64,000 nucleotides of DNA from a bacterium (GTDB lineage: Bacteria > UBA8248): assembly GCA_965213685.1 (NCBI GenBank), contig CBDBZY010000003.1:1-64000 (forward strand). Direction: 5' to 3'. Under the pieces are notes generated by a model. The model did no database searches. It saw only the letters and a list, made by a program, of their open reading frames with translations, and was not told where the DNA came from. Positions 1 to 9,017 of this stretch are shown piece after piece. Within the stretch, counting starts at the first letter, position 1. The number at the start of each line of letters is the position of its first letter. The translations under genes and the position numbers were made by a program.

Positions 1-171
1 GATCTCATCGATGCGGTCCGCCGCGCCCACGGCTTCGAGGACGCGCTCGAGCATCCAGCGTCCGAGCTGATCCCGGGGCTGCGCATCCAGGGATGGCGCC
101 AGTCTGGAGTTTCCGGTTCTGAAATCCCGAACGGGTATCAGGGCGACGCAATCGCTGGGAGATGTCATCAT
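1..171 (-). CDS. cofC: 2-phospho-L-lactate/PEP guanylyltransferase CofC (5' part, runs off the left edge)
   Basis: Not in the ORF track. Manual translation from ATG 171 gives MMTSPSDCVALIPVRDFRTGNSRLAPSLDAQPRDQLGRWMLERVLEAV, matching the CofC N-terminal 'IPVK...KSRL' motif. Lies directly downstream of cofD. Confidence 0.85.
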   Translation of the reverse strand, partial: MMTSPSDCVALIPVRDFRTGNSRLAPSLDAQPRDQLGRWMLERVLEAVGAADRIDEI

Positions 172-206
172 CCATCCCGGGGCGTGGCGGAATAAGAGGT
201 GCGGCG

Positions 207-212
207 ATTATA
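207..212 (-). promoter_or_regulatory. Possible -10 box (TATAAT) upstream of cofC
   Basis: Perfect TATAAT on the minus strand in the 52-bp cofD-cofC gap; no good -35 seen. Confidence 0.3.
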
Positions 213-223
213 CCTGAATTTTC

Positions 224-1180
224 CTAGGACATCCCCCGCATGGACGAGATGAACTCCAGGACGCCGCGCGCCAGTCTCCTCTTGGAATCCGCGTCGGACA
301 TCACGCTGGGAAGAGCGACGCATCGCAGGCCCGTCTCCTCCACGGACGGGACGAGGGCCGCATCCTCCGCGTCCACGATGAAGCCGTCGAGCACGTCCCG
401 GAGGATTTTGGCGACGCCCAGGGCGGAGGCCTCGTGCCCGAGGCTGCGGAGCATCTCGGCGGCGGGGCCTCGCAGGGCGGCGCCACCGATGATGGGGCTC
501 ACCCCCACGCGCGGGACGGAGGCCTGGCGGATGCGCTCCCGAACGTCCGCGAGGGCGAGAATGGGGCCGATGCTCACTATCGGGTTGGACGGACAAAACA
601 CGATCGCCCGCGCCGCATCGAGTGCGCGCATGACCTCCGGCGTGGCCTTCGCCTCCTCCGCGCCCTGGAACCGCACGCCGCATACGCTGGGCCGCGTCCC
701 CCTCGCCACGAAATAATCCTGAAACTCCAGCTCCCCCTCGGGCGTCTGCACCCGGGTGGCGATGGGCGAATCCGTCATGGGCAGGATGTTCGTCCGGACG
801 CCCAGGGAGGCGGAGAGTTCCCGGGTCGCCTCCGTGAGGCGCGCGCCCTCGGCGAGGCGCTGGGTGCGGCGAATGTGGGTCGCCAGGTCCCGATCCCCCA
901 GCTGGAACCAGGTGGGGCCCCCATAGCGCCCGAGCAGCGCGAGCGCGTTCGTTCCGTCGCCCTCGATGCCCCAGCCCGTCTCCGGGTCCGACATGCCGGC
1001 CAGGTTGTACATCACCGTGTCGAGGTCCGGGCTGATGTGCAGGCCGTGCAGCACCAGGTCGTCCGCCGTGTTCACGATGACGGTGAGCTGTCCCTCGGCG
1101 AGCGCATGGGCGAGGCCGACGGCGAGCTTCGCCCCACCCACCCCGCCTGCGAGCGCGACGACCGGGCCGGAGAAGCTCAT
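224..1180 (-). CDS. cofD: 2-phospho-L-lactate transferase CofD/FbiA
   Basis: Motifs LAGGVGGAK, VNTADD, SPDLDTVMY, WFQLGDRDLATH, FQDYFV, PSNPIVSIGPIL. ATG 1180 overlaps the upstream stop (ATGA). Confidence 0.95.
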   Translation of the reverse strand: MSFSGPVVALAGGVGGAKLAVGLAHALAEGQLTVIVNTADDLVLHGLHISPDLDTVMYNLAGMSDPETGWGIEGDGTNALALLGRYGGPTWFQLGDRDLATHIRRTQRLAEGARLTEATRELSASLGVRTNILPMTDSPIATRVQTPEGELEFQDYFVARGTRPSVCGVRFQGAEEAKATPEVMRALDAARAIVFCPSNPIVSIGPILALADVRERIRQASVPRVGVSPIIGGAALRGPAAEMLRSLGHEASALGVAKILRDVLDGFIVDAEDAALVPSVEETGLRCVALPSVMSDADSKRRLARGVLEFISSMRGMS

Positions 1181-1812
1181 CGGACGATCAGGGTCGGCTG
1201 AGGCGATTCGCGCGCCTCGGGCGGATGCGAGGGGTAGCCGGCGACGATGAGCGCCCTCGGCGTCCAGTCGGCGGGCAGGTCGAGCGCCTCGCGGGCGGTT
1301 TCCGGACAGAACAGGGGGGCGCAGCGCCACACGGAGCCTACCCCCTGGGCCGCCAGGGCGAGCATGAGGTTCTGCAGGGCGCCCCCCAGGCTGTGCTCCG
1401 CCATCATCCATTCGTTGGCTTGCTTCGCCTGCGCCTCGTATTCGTCGAGGTCGGCGTAGGAGAGCGACGCCAGGATGAGGGCGGGCGCCCGGCTCAGCAG
1501 CCGGACGCTTCCCCGATGCCTGCGCTCCCGCTCCTGCCGCGGAACGCCCTCCGCCTCCATGTCCCGCAGAAAATCCTTCCCCATCTCGACGGCGAGCCTC
1601 TCCTTCGCCTCTCGGGAATCGAGGAGGCAAAATCGCCAGGGGCAGGCGCCATGCGGGCTGGGCGCCAGGCACGCTGCGGACAGGGCCGTTTTCAGCACTT
1701 CCGCCGGAACGGGCTCGGGCGTGAAGCGCCGGACGGAGCGCCTTTTGCGCAACGCCTCGGCGAGCGGGACGTCCAGCGGGAGCCTTTCGCCTTCGGGATC
1801 GGGAGCGTCCAA
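1177..1812 (-). CDS. Nitroreductase-family protein resembling the FbiB C-terminal domain / FbiE (putative dehydro-F420-0 reductase)
   Basis: RRSVRRF, APSPHGACPWRF, GGALQNLMLALAAQGVGSVWRCAPLFCPE. Located inside the cof operon. TTG start at 1812 is inferred. Confidence 0.8.
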   Translation of the reverse strand: MDAPDPEGERLPLDVPLAEALRKRRSVRRFTPEPVPAEVLKTALSAACLAPSPHGACPWRFCLLDSREAKERLAVEMGKDFLRDMEAEGVPRQERERRHRGSVRLLSRAPALILASLSYADLDEYEAQAKQANEWMMAEHSLGGALQNLMLALAAQGVGSVWRCAPLFCPETAREALDLPADWTPRALIVAGYPSHPPEARESPQPTLIVR

Positions 1813-1816
1813 CGTA

Positions 1817-3256
1817 TCAGCCGCCAGCCTCCCAGCCCGGCGGCGCGCCGCCCTGGGCCGGGCTCGGGGGCGGGGGGAGCTTGCGCTTCTCTCCGGGGGG
1901 CGGCGCTCCCGGGTCGCCGGGAATCGGCTGGCCCGCAAGGTAGCCGCGCACGCCGGCGGGGCGGGGCTCCTCCCCGTAGGCCGTGGCGAGGCACTCCGCC
2001 ACCTCCGCCGGCGTTTTCGGGCTCGACGCCATCCTTTGCGCGGCGAGGCCGGCGCCCTCGCACCCGTCGTATTGGGGGAGGCCGGCCGGCGTGCCGCTCC
2101 TGGGCGCCTGCACCGGCACGCGGTTTCGCTGCCTTCTCGCCAGGATGTTCAAAATGTTCCAGGCCCGCCGGTTTTCCTGTATCGGCCGGGTCTCGACGAG
2201 GCCCTCCCCCGCGAATTCGCGCCAGATCGCCTCGCCCCTCTCGGTTCGCAGCACCACGATCGTCCAGCCTCTCGTGCCCACGCCCCCGCAGGCGATGTCC
2301 GCGAGCTCCGCGGAGAAATCGGCGCAATGCTGGCATTCGGGGCGTTGGTAGTTCTCCATCGCCTCCTGGAGGGAGAAGGTGACGAGCTCCCCGTCTCGCT
2401 TGTGGACGAGCACCTCGCCTTTCACGTTGAACTTCGCCACGTCCGAGAGGGGGATGCCCAGCTCTTTCTCGATCTTTTCCGTCATGAGGTCGAAGGTGAA
2501 AACCTCCGTGCAGAACAGGCCGATCTGGAGCGCGACGCGCTCGGCGAAGCCCCGCAGAAACCCGCGCTGCTTCTCGATGTGCTGGGGCCTCTTCTTGTGG
2601 GAGACCAGGAAGGAGGGGTCGATGAGCTCCATCTTGCGCAGCGGGGTGATCTGGCAGGGAACGCCCACGAACCCCACCTTCTTCAGGTCTCTTCCCTTCA
2701 CCTCCTCCAGCGCCAGGTTGTTCGCGCAGTAGGTGTACCAGCTCCCCGCGCTCGCCCGAATCTCCTCATACGTCGTGGCGACTTTCGGGCTCGGGTCGCA
2801 CGGCGGGTCGTCTTCCCCTACGGCGGAGACCACCGCCCCGTCGATGACGCCCTGCGCGAGCGCCCATGCGAGCAGCGCCGTGACGATGCCGCCGTCCTGG
2901 GCGCGGCGCATCACGTCCTCCCGCCGGGTTCTCGCCATGAAGATGCGCCGGTAGGCGCCGAAGATGCCCTCGTAGGTCTCCTCCCTCGTCTCCCGGAAGG
3001 TGGCGTCCTTGAGGTGGGTCTCCCGCGGCCAAAGCCTCGGGCACACCGCCGCGCACACGTCGCAGCCCACCCCCTCGCTGACGCCGCAATAGTCGAAACC
3101 GGCTTTCGCCTTGGCCGTCTGCTTGGGCTTGGCGTCGATGTACTCGATGACGTTATGGGGGCAGACCAGCACGCAGCTGCCGCATTCGCAGCAGCTGCCC
3201 GCGTCCACCACGTCGTTCATCATGTCCTTGAAGGAGGGATGGTGAAGTTCGCTCAA
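1817..3256 (-). CDS. Coenzyme F420 hydrogenase/dehydrogenase beta-subunit (FrhB/FpoF-like) Fe-S flavoprotein
   Basis: N-terminal CCECGSCVLVCP and CDVCAAVCP ferredoxin motifs; AQDGGIVTALL, AGSWYT, VGVPCQ, IGLFC, CQHCADFSAELADIACGGVG; Pro-rich C-terminal tail. Confidence 0.9.
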   Translation of the reverse strand: MSELHHPSFKDMMNDVVDAGSCCECGSCVLVCPHNVIEYIDAKPKQTAKAKAGFDYCGVSEGVGCDVCAAVCPRLWPRETHLKDATFRETREETYEGIFGAYRRIFMARTRREDVMRRAQDGGIVTALLAWALAQGVIDGAVVSAVGEDDPPCDPSPKVATTYEEIRASAGSWYTYCANNLALEEVKGRDLKKVGFVGVPCQITPLRKMELIDPSFLVSHKKRPQHIEKQRGFLRGFAERVALQIGLFCTEVFTFDLMTEKIEKELGIPLSDVAKFNVKGEVLVHKRDGELVTFSLQEAMENYQRPECQHCADFSAELADIACGGVGTRGWTIVVLRTERGEAIWREFAGEGLVETRPIQENRRAWNILNILARRQRNRVPVQAPRSGTPAGLPQYDGCEGAGLAAQRMASSPKTPAEVAECLATAYGEEPRPAGVRGYLAGQPIPGDPGAPPPGEKRKLPPPPSPAQGGAPPGWEAGG

Positions 3257-4533
3257 GGGTTTTCTCTCCGGCCCATGGGTGAGCGGGGGCGCTGCGGATT
3301 CAGGGCGCCCAGGCGGTTCTCCGGAATCAAGTCGCCCGCCTTCCTCCCCCCTGCGGCGCCGGCGCCGAGGCTGACCCCGTCCTCCGGGCGGGGGTGGCGG
3401 TATCTCGGATCATCGCGCCGGATGATGTCATAGGTGGTCGTGCGCTGCACGGGAACGCGCCCGGCGCCCCGTATCGCGTCGTTGAACTCCTGCGGGCTGA
3501 GGCTTTGTCCGTACTCCGAGCCCGACTCCCGGGAGATGTTCTCCTCGATCAGCGTTCCGCCCAGGTCGTTCACCCCGAGGGAGAGCGCCGTCCGGGCGGC
3601 GTCGATTCCGATCTTGGGCCACGCGACCTGAATGTTGGCGATCGTTCCCCGGAAGAAGAGCCGGGCGACGGCGTGGAGCCGGAATATGGTGTCGAGGTTC
3701 GCCATTTTCGTGATGCCGAACTCCGCGCCCATCTTGTTGTCGTAGGGGATGAAGGGCAGCGGCACGAACTCCGTGAACCGCCCCTCCCCGTTCGCTTTCA
3801 GGGAGTCTTTCTGCATCTTTCGCAAAATATCGAGGTGCTCGGCCAGGTCGGCGCTGCTCTCGATGTGCCCATACATGACGGTGGACGTGGTCGGTATGCC
3901 CACGGCGTGGGCGGTCCGGATGATCTCGCACCATCGCTCGACGGGGATTCTCCCCGGGCTGATCAGCTTTTTCACCCGCTCCACCAGGATCTCGGCCGCC
4001 GTTCCCGGGATGGAGCCGAGCCCCGCCTCCTTGAGCCGCGTGAGCACCTCCTCGAGGGGGAGCCTGGTTTTTCTCTGGATGTGGTCGATCTCCGCGGGAG
4101 AATATGCGTGCATGTGCACCCCAGGGATGACGTCTTGGGCGAGCCGGAGCACCTCCTCGTAGCGGTCGATGGATATCCTCGGGTTCAGCCCCCCCTGCAT
4201 GCAGATTTCGCGCACGCCGAAACTCCTGGCGCGCTCGAACTTCTCGCGCAGCGCGTCATCGCCATGCGTGTAGGCGTCGGCGGCGTTCGGTCGCCGCCAG
4301 AACCCGCAGTATTTGCAGTCCGTGTAGCAGATGTTCGTGAAATTCACGTTCGCGTTGATGACGTAGCTCACCTCCTCGCCGACGGTTCTCTCCCTCTCCC
4401 TGTCCGCCGCCTCAAAGAGGCGCTCGGTGAACGCGGGGGTCGTCTCGTCGAGCAGGGCGGCCGCGCCTGCGCGCGGGATTTCCTCGCCCGCGTCGAAGGC
4501 GTCGAGAACCTCGTGGGCTGCGAGCGTATTCAT
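3253..4533 (-). CDS. cofH: FO synthase subunit CofH (radical SAM)
   Basis: NVNFTNICYTDCKYCGF (CxxxCxxC), EICMQGGLNP, HAYSPAEI, SIPGTAAEIL, NDLGGTLIEENISRESG. Confidence 0.9.
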   Translation of the reverse strand: MNTLAAHEVLDAFDAGEEIPRAGAAALLDETTPAFTERLFEAADRERERTVGEEVSYVINANVNFTNICYTDCKYCGFWRRPNAADAYTHGDDALREKFERARSFGVREICMQGGLNPRISIDRYEEVLRLAQDVIPGVHMHAYSPAEIDHIQRKTRLPLEEVLTRLKEAGLGSIPGTAAEILVERVKKLISPGRIPVERWCEIIRTAHAVGIPTTSTVMYGHIESSADLAEHLDILRKMQKDSLKANGEGRFTEFVPLPFIPYDNKMGAEFGITKMANLDTIFRLHAVARLFFRGTIANIQVAWPKIGIDAARTALSLGVNDLGGTLIEENISRESGSEYGQSLSPQEFNDAIRGAGRVPVQRTTTYDIIRRDDPRYRHPRPEDGVSLGAGAAGGRKAGDLIPENRLGALNPQRPRSPMGRRENP

Positions 4534-5550
4534 GCGATCTCCAGGTGCAGGGCTTCTCGGGATTCCCGTCTCTCCAGCATCCGGCGGAGCGCCGGCAGGG
4601 TTTCGGCGGGACACCGGTTCGCCTCGATGAACTCGTCGTACACCGGCATCCGCAGGCGCAGCGCGACGCCCTCCCGGCGGAGGGATTCGCGGAGGCTCCC
4701 CAGTCTGGGCCAGTGCCGGTTGGGGTTGATGTGATCCGGCTCGGGGGCGATGCCGCCGATGTCGTCCGCCCCCGCCGCGATCATGCCCGGGAGGTCGTCC
4801 ACCAGGTTCGGCGGAATCTGTACGTGCACGCCCGGCATACGCTCGCGCACCTCGGGGATCAGCTGCGCGACCTCCTCGTCGAGAGGGCGCTTCCAGCGGG
4901 CCATGGGCGTCATGGGCTGGGGGTTCAGGGGCTGGAGGATGACCTCCTGGACGTGCCCGTAGCGGCGGTGGACTCCGGCGATGGCCTCGAGGGTATCGAC
5001 CCGCTCCTCCGGCGATTCCCCGATGCCGATCAGGATGCCCGTCGTGAAGGGGATGCCGAGTTTTCCCGCCGCTTCGAGGGAGGCGAGCCGCACCTCGGGC
5101 GCTTTCGTCGGCGCCGCCCGGTGGGCGATGCGCGTGGCCTCCGGGCTGACGGTCTCCATCATCATGCCCATCGATACGTTCCACGGCTTCAAAATCTCGT
5201 ATTCCCACTCCTCCAGGGTGCCGATGTTGGCGTGGGGGAGCAGGCCGACCTCCAGGCAGATTCTGCACACCTCGGCCGTGTAGGCGGCGTAGGAGTCATA
5301 CCCCCACGCTTTCAGCTGGTGCTTCAGTCCCTTGTGCCTGTCGATTCCCTCTCCCGTCATGACGAGCGCTTCGATGACTCCCTGCGCGTGGGCCTGCTTC
5401 GCGCGCCGCTCGCACTCCTCCAGGGAGAGGAGGATGGGCGCGCTGCTGCGGAAGCTGCAATAGCCGCAGTGGTTCACGCACCAGTTCGTGATGGGCAGGG
5501 TGAAGTTGAATGAATACGTGACCGTTCTCAGGGCGTCTCTCCGTTTTCAT
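4530..5550 (-). CDS. cofG: FO synthase subunit CofG (radical SAM); apparent 1-nt indel in the A-run just after ATG 5550
   Basis: Frame reads VTYSFNFTLPITNWCVNHCGYCSF, LLPHANIG, SMGMMMET, PFTTGILIGIGES, GHVQEVILQ, QIPPNL, DHINPNRHWP. The ORF-track start at 5477 cuts off the first Cys of CxxxCxxC, so the real start is upstream. Confidence 0.88.
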
Positions 5551-5632
5551 CACATTGAAAAATCCGCGAAGACCCCGGACATCCTATCGATGCGCGCCGC
5601 ATCTGACAAGACGGGCCGCGCCACCCCGAGGC

Positions 5633-6823
5633 CTAGACGACGCCCCGCTCCCTCAGTGCGCCGATGTCCGCCTCCGACCTGCCGAGCAGGCCGGACAGAA
5701 TCTCCTCCGTGTGTTCTCCCAGCAGGGGAGGGGGCAGGCGGATTTCGCCGGGCGTATCCGACAGCTTCATGGGGTTGCCCATCATTTTCAGGGCGCCGGT
5801 TCGCGCGTGCGCCATCTCGACGACCATCTCGCGGTGATGAATCTGCGGGTCCGCGCACAGTTCCGCAATCGTTCTCACGGGCCCGCAGGGCACGCCGGCT
5901 CCGGACACGATGCCGGCCCACTCCCCGCGGGTTTTGCCCCGCATCGTTTTGTCGATCTCCGCCTCCAGTTCATCGCGGCCCCGGACGCGGTCCGCGTTTT
6001 TGGCCCACCTGGGGTCATCCGCCAAATCCTCCCTGCCGATGGCGCGGGCGAACCTCTCCCAGAGGGAGTCGTTGGCCGCCGCCACGATGAGCTCCCCGTC
6101 CGAGCAGGGGAAATCGCGGTATGGCGCGATGCTGGGGTGCCGGTTCCCGAGCCGCCCGGGCGGGGTGCCCGTGGCGAAATAGTTTCCCGCGGCGTGGCTC
6201 ATCAGCGCCGCCTGCCCGTCCTGGATGGCCGTATCGACATATTGGCCCTTGCCCGTTTTCTCCCGGGCGATGATGGCCAGCAGAATCCCCTGGGTCGCGA
6301 ACATGGCGGTGGTGAGGTCGGCGATGGCGATTCCCGTCTTGAAGCCGCCGCCGCCCTCCGCCCCCGTGATGCTCATGAGCCCCCCCTCGCCCTGGAGGAG
6401 GATGTCGTAGGCGGGCCTTCCCCGGGACGGGCCGCTCTGTCCGTAGCCCGAGACGCTGGCGTAGATGAGTCCGGGGTGGAGCGCGCGGCAGGTCTCCCAG
6501 TCGAAGCCGAGCCGCTCGATGGCCCCCGGCCGGAAATTTTGAATGAGGATGTCCGACTTTTGGACCAACGCCCGGAGAATCGCCTTCCCCTCCTCCGCTT
6601 TCATGTTCAGCGTCAGGCTCTTCTTGTTCCGGTTCACGGACTGGAAGTAGCTGCTCTCGCCCCCCTCGTAGAAGGGCGGCCAGCCGCGGGTGTCGTCCCC
6701 CCCTTGCGGATTTTCGACCTTGACGACCTCGGCGCCCATGTCGCCGAGCATCATCGTGCAGAACGGCCCCGCCAGGATTCTGGAAAGATCGAGGACGCGA
6801 ATCCCCTCAAGCGGCATACCCAT
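5633..6823 (-). CDS. CaiB/BaiF family III CoA-transferase
   Basis: PLEGIRVLDLSRILAGPFCTMMLGDMGAEVVKVE, NRNKKS, NFRPG, PPPLLGEHT. Confidence 0.93.
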   Translation of the reverse strand: MGMPLEGIRVLDLSRILAGPFCTMMLGDMGAEVVKVENPQGGDDTRGWPPFYEGGESSYFQSVNRNKKSLTLNMKAEEGKAILRALVQKSDILIQNFRPGAIERLGFDWETCRALHPGLIYASVSGYGQSGPSRGRPAYDILLQGEGGLMSITGAEGGGGFKTGIAIADLTTAMFATQGILLAIIAREKTGKGQYVDTAIQDGQAALMSHAAGNYFATGTPPGRLGNRHPSIAPYRDFPCSDGELIVAAANDSLWERFARAIGREDLADDPRWAKNADRVRGRDELEAEIDKTMRGKTRGEWAGIVSGAGVPCGPVRTIAELCADPQIHHREMVVEMAHARTGALKMMGNPMKLSDTPGEIRLPPPLLGEHTEEILSGLLGRSEADIGALRERGVV

Positions 6824-6867
6824 GCGAATTCTCCGTTTTCCGGGACAGCCCCCCCCCCCCCCCGGCG

Positions 6868-7732
6868 CTATCGGCCCCGAAGCGCCGCGCGCATCTTCTC
6901 CCGCACGTGGGCGATGGGCATCTCGGTGCCGGTCCAGAGCCTCCAGCCCTCGGCCCCCTGGTGCAGGAGCCAGCCGAGCCCCGAGACGGCGCCCGCCCCC
7001 CTCCTCCGCGCGGCCCGGAGGAACGGGGTGTCCAGCGGGTTGTACACCGCGTCGGCGCAAACGCTCCCCGGCGGTATCCACGCCTCGGGCAGGCCGCTGG
7101 CCGCTTCCCGCTGCGGGTCGCCGGCCATCCCCAGGCTCGTCGTGTTGACGATAATATCCCGCCCCCGCGCGGCGGATTCAAGCCCCTCCAGGCCGCCGCC
7201 ATGCGTCCTCGCCTCCGGGAAATGCGCCCGGACCTCGCGGGCGAGGGAGACGGCCTTCTCCGCCGTGCGGTTGCATACCTCGATGTGCGCCGCCCCTGAT
7301 TGCGCGAGTTTGATGGCGATGGCCCCGCGCGGCACCGCCCGCGCCCAGCAGCAGGCATCTCTTCCCTCGGGGCGAAACCCCCGTCTCCTCCTCCAGGGAG
7401 CGGAGCCAGCCCGCCCCGTCGGTGTTGTGTCCCTTGAGCCTCCCGTCGTCCTCGATGGTCACCATGTTCACGGCGCCCATGAGCCGCGCGTCCTCGCTCA
7501 GCGCGTCCACGAGTCCGCAGGTGGCCACCTTGTGGGGGATGGTGACGCAGAAGCCGGCGAAACCCATCGCGCGGGCGCCGCGGACAGCCTCGGCGTACCG
7601 GTCCGGGCGCACCTCATAGGCCATGAAGCGATAGGGCAGCCCCAGGGCTTGCGCCGCCGCGTTGTGCATGACGGGCGACAGCGTATGCCCCAGCGGGTAG
7701 CCGAAAATGGCGAGGGTCTTCTCGGGCGGCAT
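6868..7732 (-). CDS. aroE: Shikimate dehydrogenase, split by a frameshift at ~7323-7326
   Basis: GYPLGHTLSPVMHN, VTIPHK, GAVN, NTDG, LGAGGAAR in one frame; NRT, VNTTSLGM, DAVYNPLDTPFL, GLGWLLHQG in the next. Confidence 0.88.
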
Positions 7733-7892
7733 CGGTCTTCCTTAGAGATGAGGCTCCGCGTTCGTTTGTCCCGTCTTCGTTGTGGCCGTTGTGGCGAGAA
7801 TTACAGATACGCTAAAGTGGCACACAGGACAACTTGCGCGGGCGCGCCGCGCCCCGTCATTCGCGCCCGGCGCGGGGAAGGAGGAGGATTCG

Positions 7893-9017
7893 ATGGCCAC
7901 CGTTCAGGCAGCCACGATGCTGCAGCCGGGCGAGATCGCCCTCCGGGAATACCCCATGCCCGACGTGGAGGAGGACGCCCTCCTGATGCGCGTCGCCGCC
8001 GTGGGCGTTTGCGGTTCCGACAAGCACATGTACGGGGGCAAGCTGCGCGTCGCCTGGCCGGTGATTCCGGGGCATGAGTTCAGCGGGGTGGTCGAGCGGC
8101 TGGGCCGCCTCGCGAATGCGGCCATGAAAATCGTGGGCGGCCCCATCCGCGAGGGCGACGCCATCACCGTCGCACCGGGCAGCCAGGCTTGCGGCAAATG
8201 CTGGTATTGCGTCCACGTGCCGCACCGGCCCCAGCTGTGCCCGAACCGCACGGTGTTCGGGTTTCGCACCTCGGCCGACGCCCCGCATCTGTATGGCGCG
8301 TTCTCCGAATATATGTACGTTCCGGGAAGCTCCTTCGTCCTCAAGCTGCCCGAGGGCCTCGCACTCGAGCGCGCCACGCTTTGCGAGCCGCTGGCGGTGG
8401 CGCAAAGGGCGGCCGCGCGCGCGCTTTCTCCGGGCGTCCCCTATGCGGGGGAGGGCTTCGGCGCGGGGGCGCGGTGCGCCGTCATGGGCGTCGGCCCCAT
8501 CGGGCTGCTGGTCGTGGCCGCCTTGCGGACGATGGGCGCGGGCGAGATCATCGCGGTGGACATGACGGAGGAGAGGCTCGCCTTCTCCAGAAAATTCGGC
8601 GCCACGCGGACGGTGCGCCTGTCGGGGCTCGCCCGGGAGGAGCGAAAGGAGGCGATCCTCTCCTGGACGGATGGCGTGGGCCCCGACGTGGTGGTGGAGG
8701 CGGCGGGGGTTCCGGCCGCCTTCGCCGAGGGGTTGGACATCGTGCGCCGGGGCGGAAAGCTGGTGGAGGTCGGCCATTACGGCGACCCGGGCGGGGTGGA
8801 CATCAGACCCCACCAGGTGTGCCATAAGGACGTGGACATTTGCGGCTCATGGGCCTATCCGCAGGTGCAGTTCGAGCCGGCGATGGACATGCTCCGGAGA
8901 ACCGCCTTGCCGATCGACGATTTGTTCACGCACCGTCTGCCCCTCTCCCAGGTGCAGGCGGGCATCGAGGTCACCGGAACGGGGGAGTGCCTCAAGGTGC
9001 TCCTGAAGCCGGACTAG
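7893..9017 (+). CDS. Zinc-binding alcohol dehydrogenase (MDR family)
   Basis: GVCGSD, GHEFSG, CGKCWYC...C structural Zn site, GVGPIG; AGGAGG RBS upstream. Confidence 0.92.
   Translation: MATVQAATMLQPGEIALREYPMPDVEEDALLMRVAAVGVCGSDKHMYGGKLRVAWPVIPGHEFSGVVERLGRLANAAMKIVGGPIREGDAITVAPGSQACGKCWYCVHVPHRPQLCPNRTVFGFRTSADAPHLYGAFSEYMYVPGSSFVLKLPEGLALERATLCEPLAVAQRAAARALSPGVPYAGEGFGAGARCAVMGVGPIGLLVVAALRTMGAGEIIAVDMTEERLAFSRKFGATRTVRLSGLAREERKEAILSWTDGVGPDVVVEAAGVPAAFAEGLDIVRRGGKLVEVGHYGDPGGVDIRPHQVCHKDVDICGSWAYPQVQFEPAMDMLRRTALPIDDLFTHRLPLSQVQAGIEVTGTGECLKVLLKPD

Noticed and set aside
3253-5550. CofG/CofH radical SAM enzymes as RiPP maturases, or CofH as MqnC/MqnE
   Set aside because: The motifs and the cofC/cofD context fit FO synthase; there is no SPASM or RRE domain, and they lie ~47 kb from the precursors.
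6849-6863. C15 tract between aroE and the CoA-transferase gene as a phase-variation site
   Set aside because: It is intergenic between metabolic genes with no surface link. It does show that long runs also occur outside the glycosylation locus, which tempers that finding.
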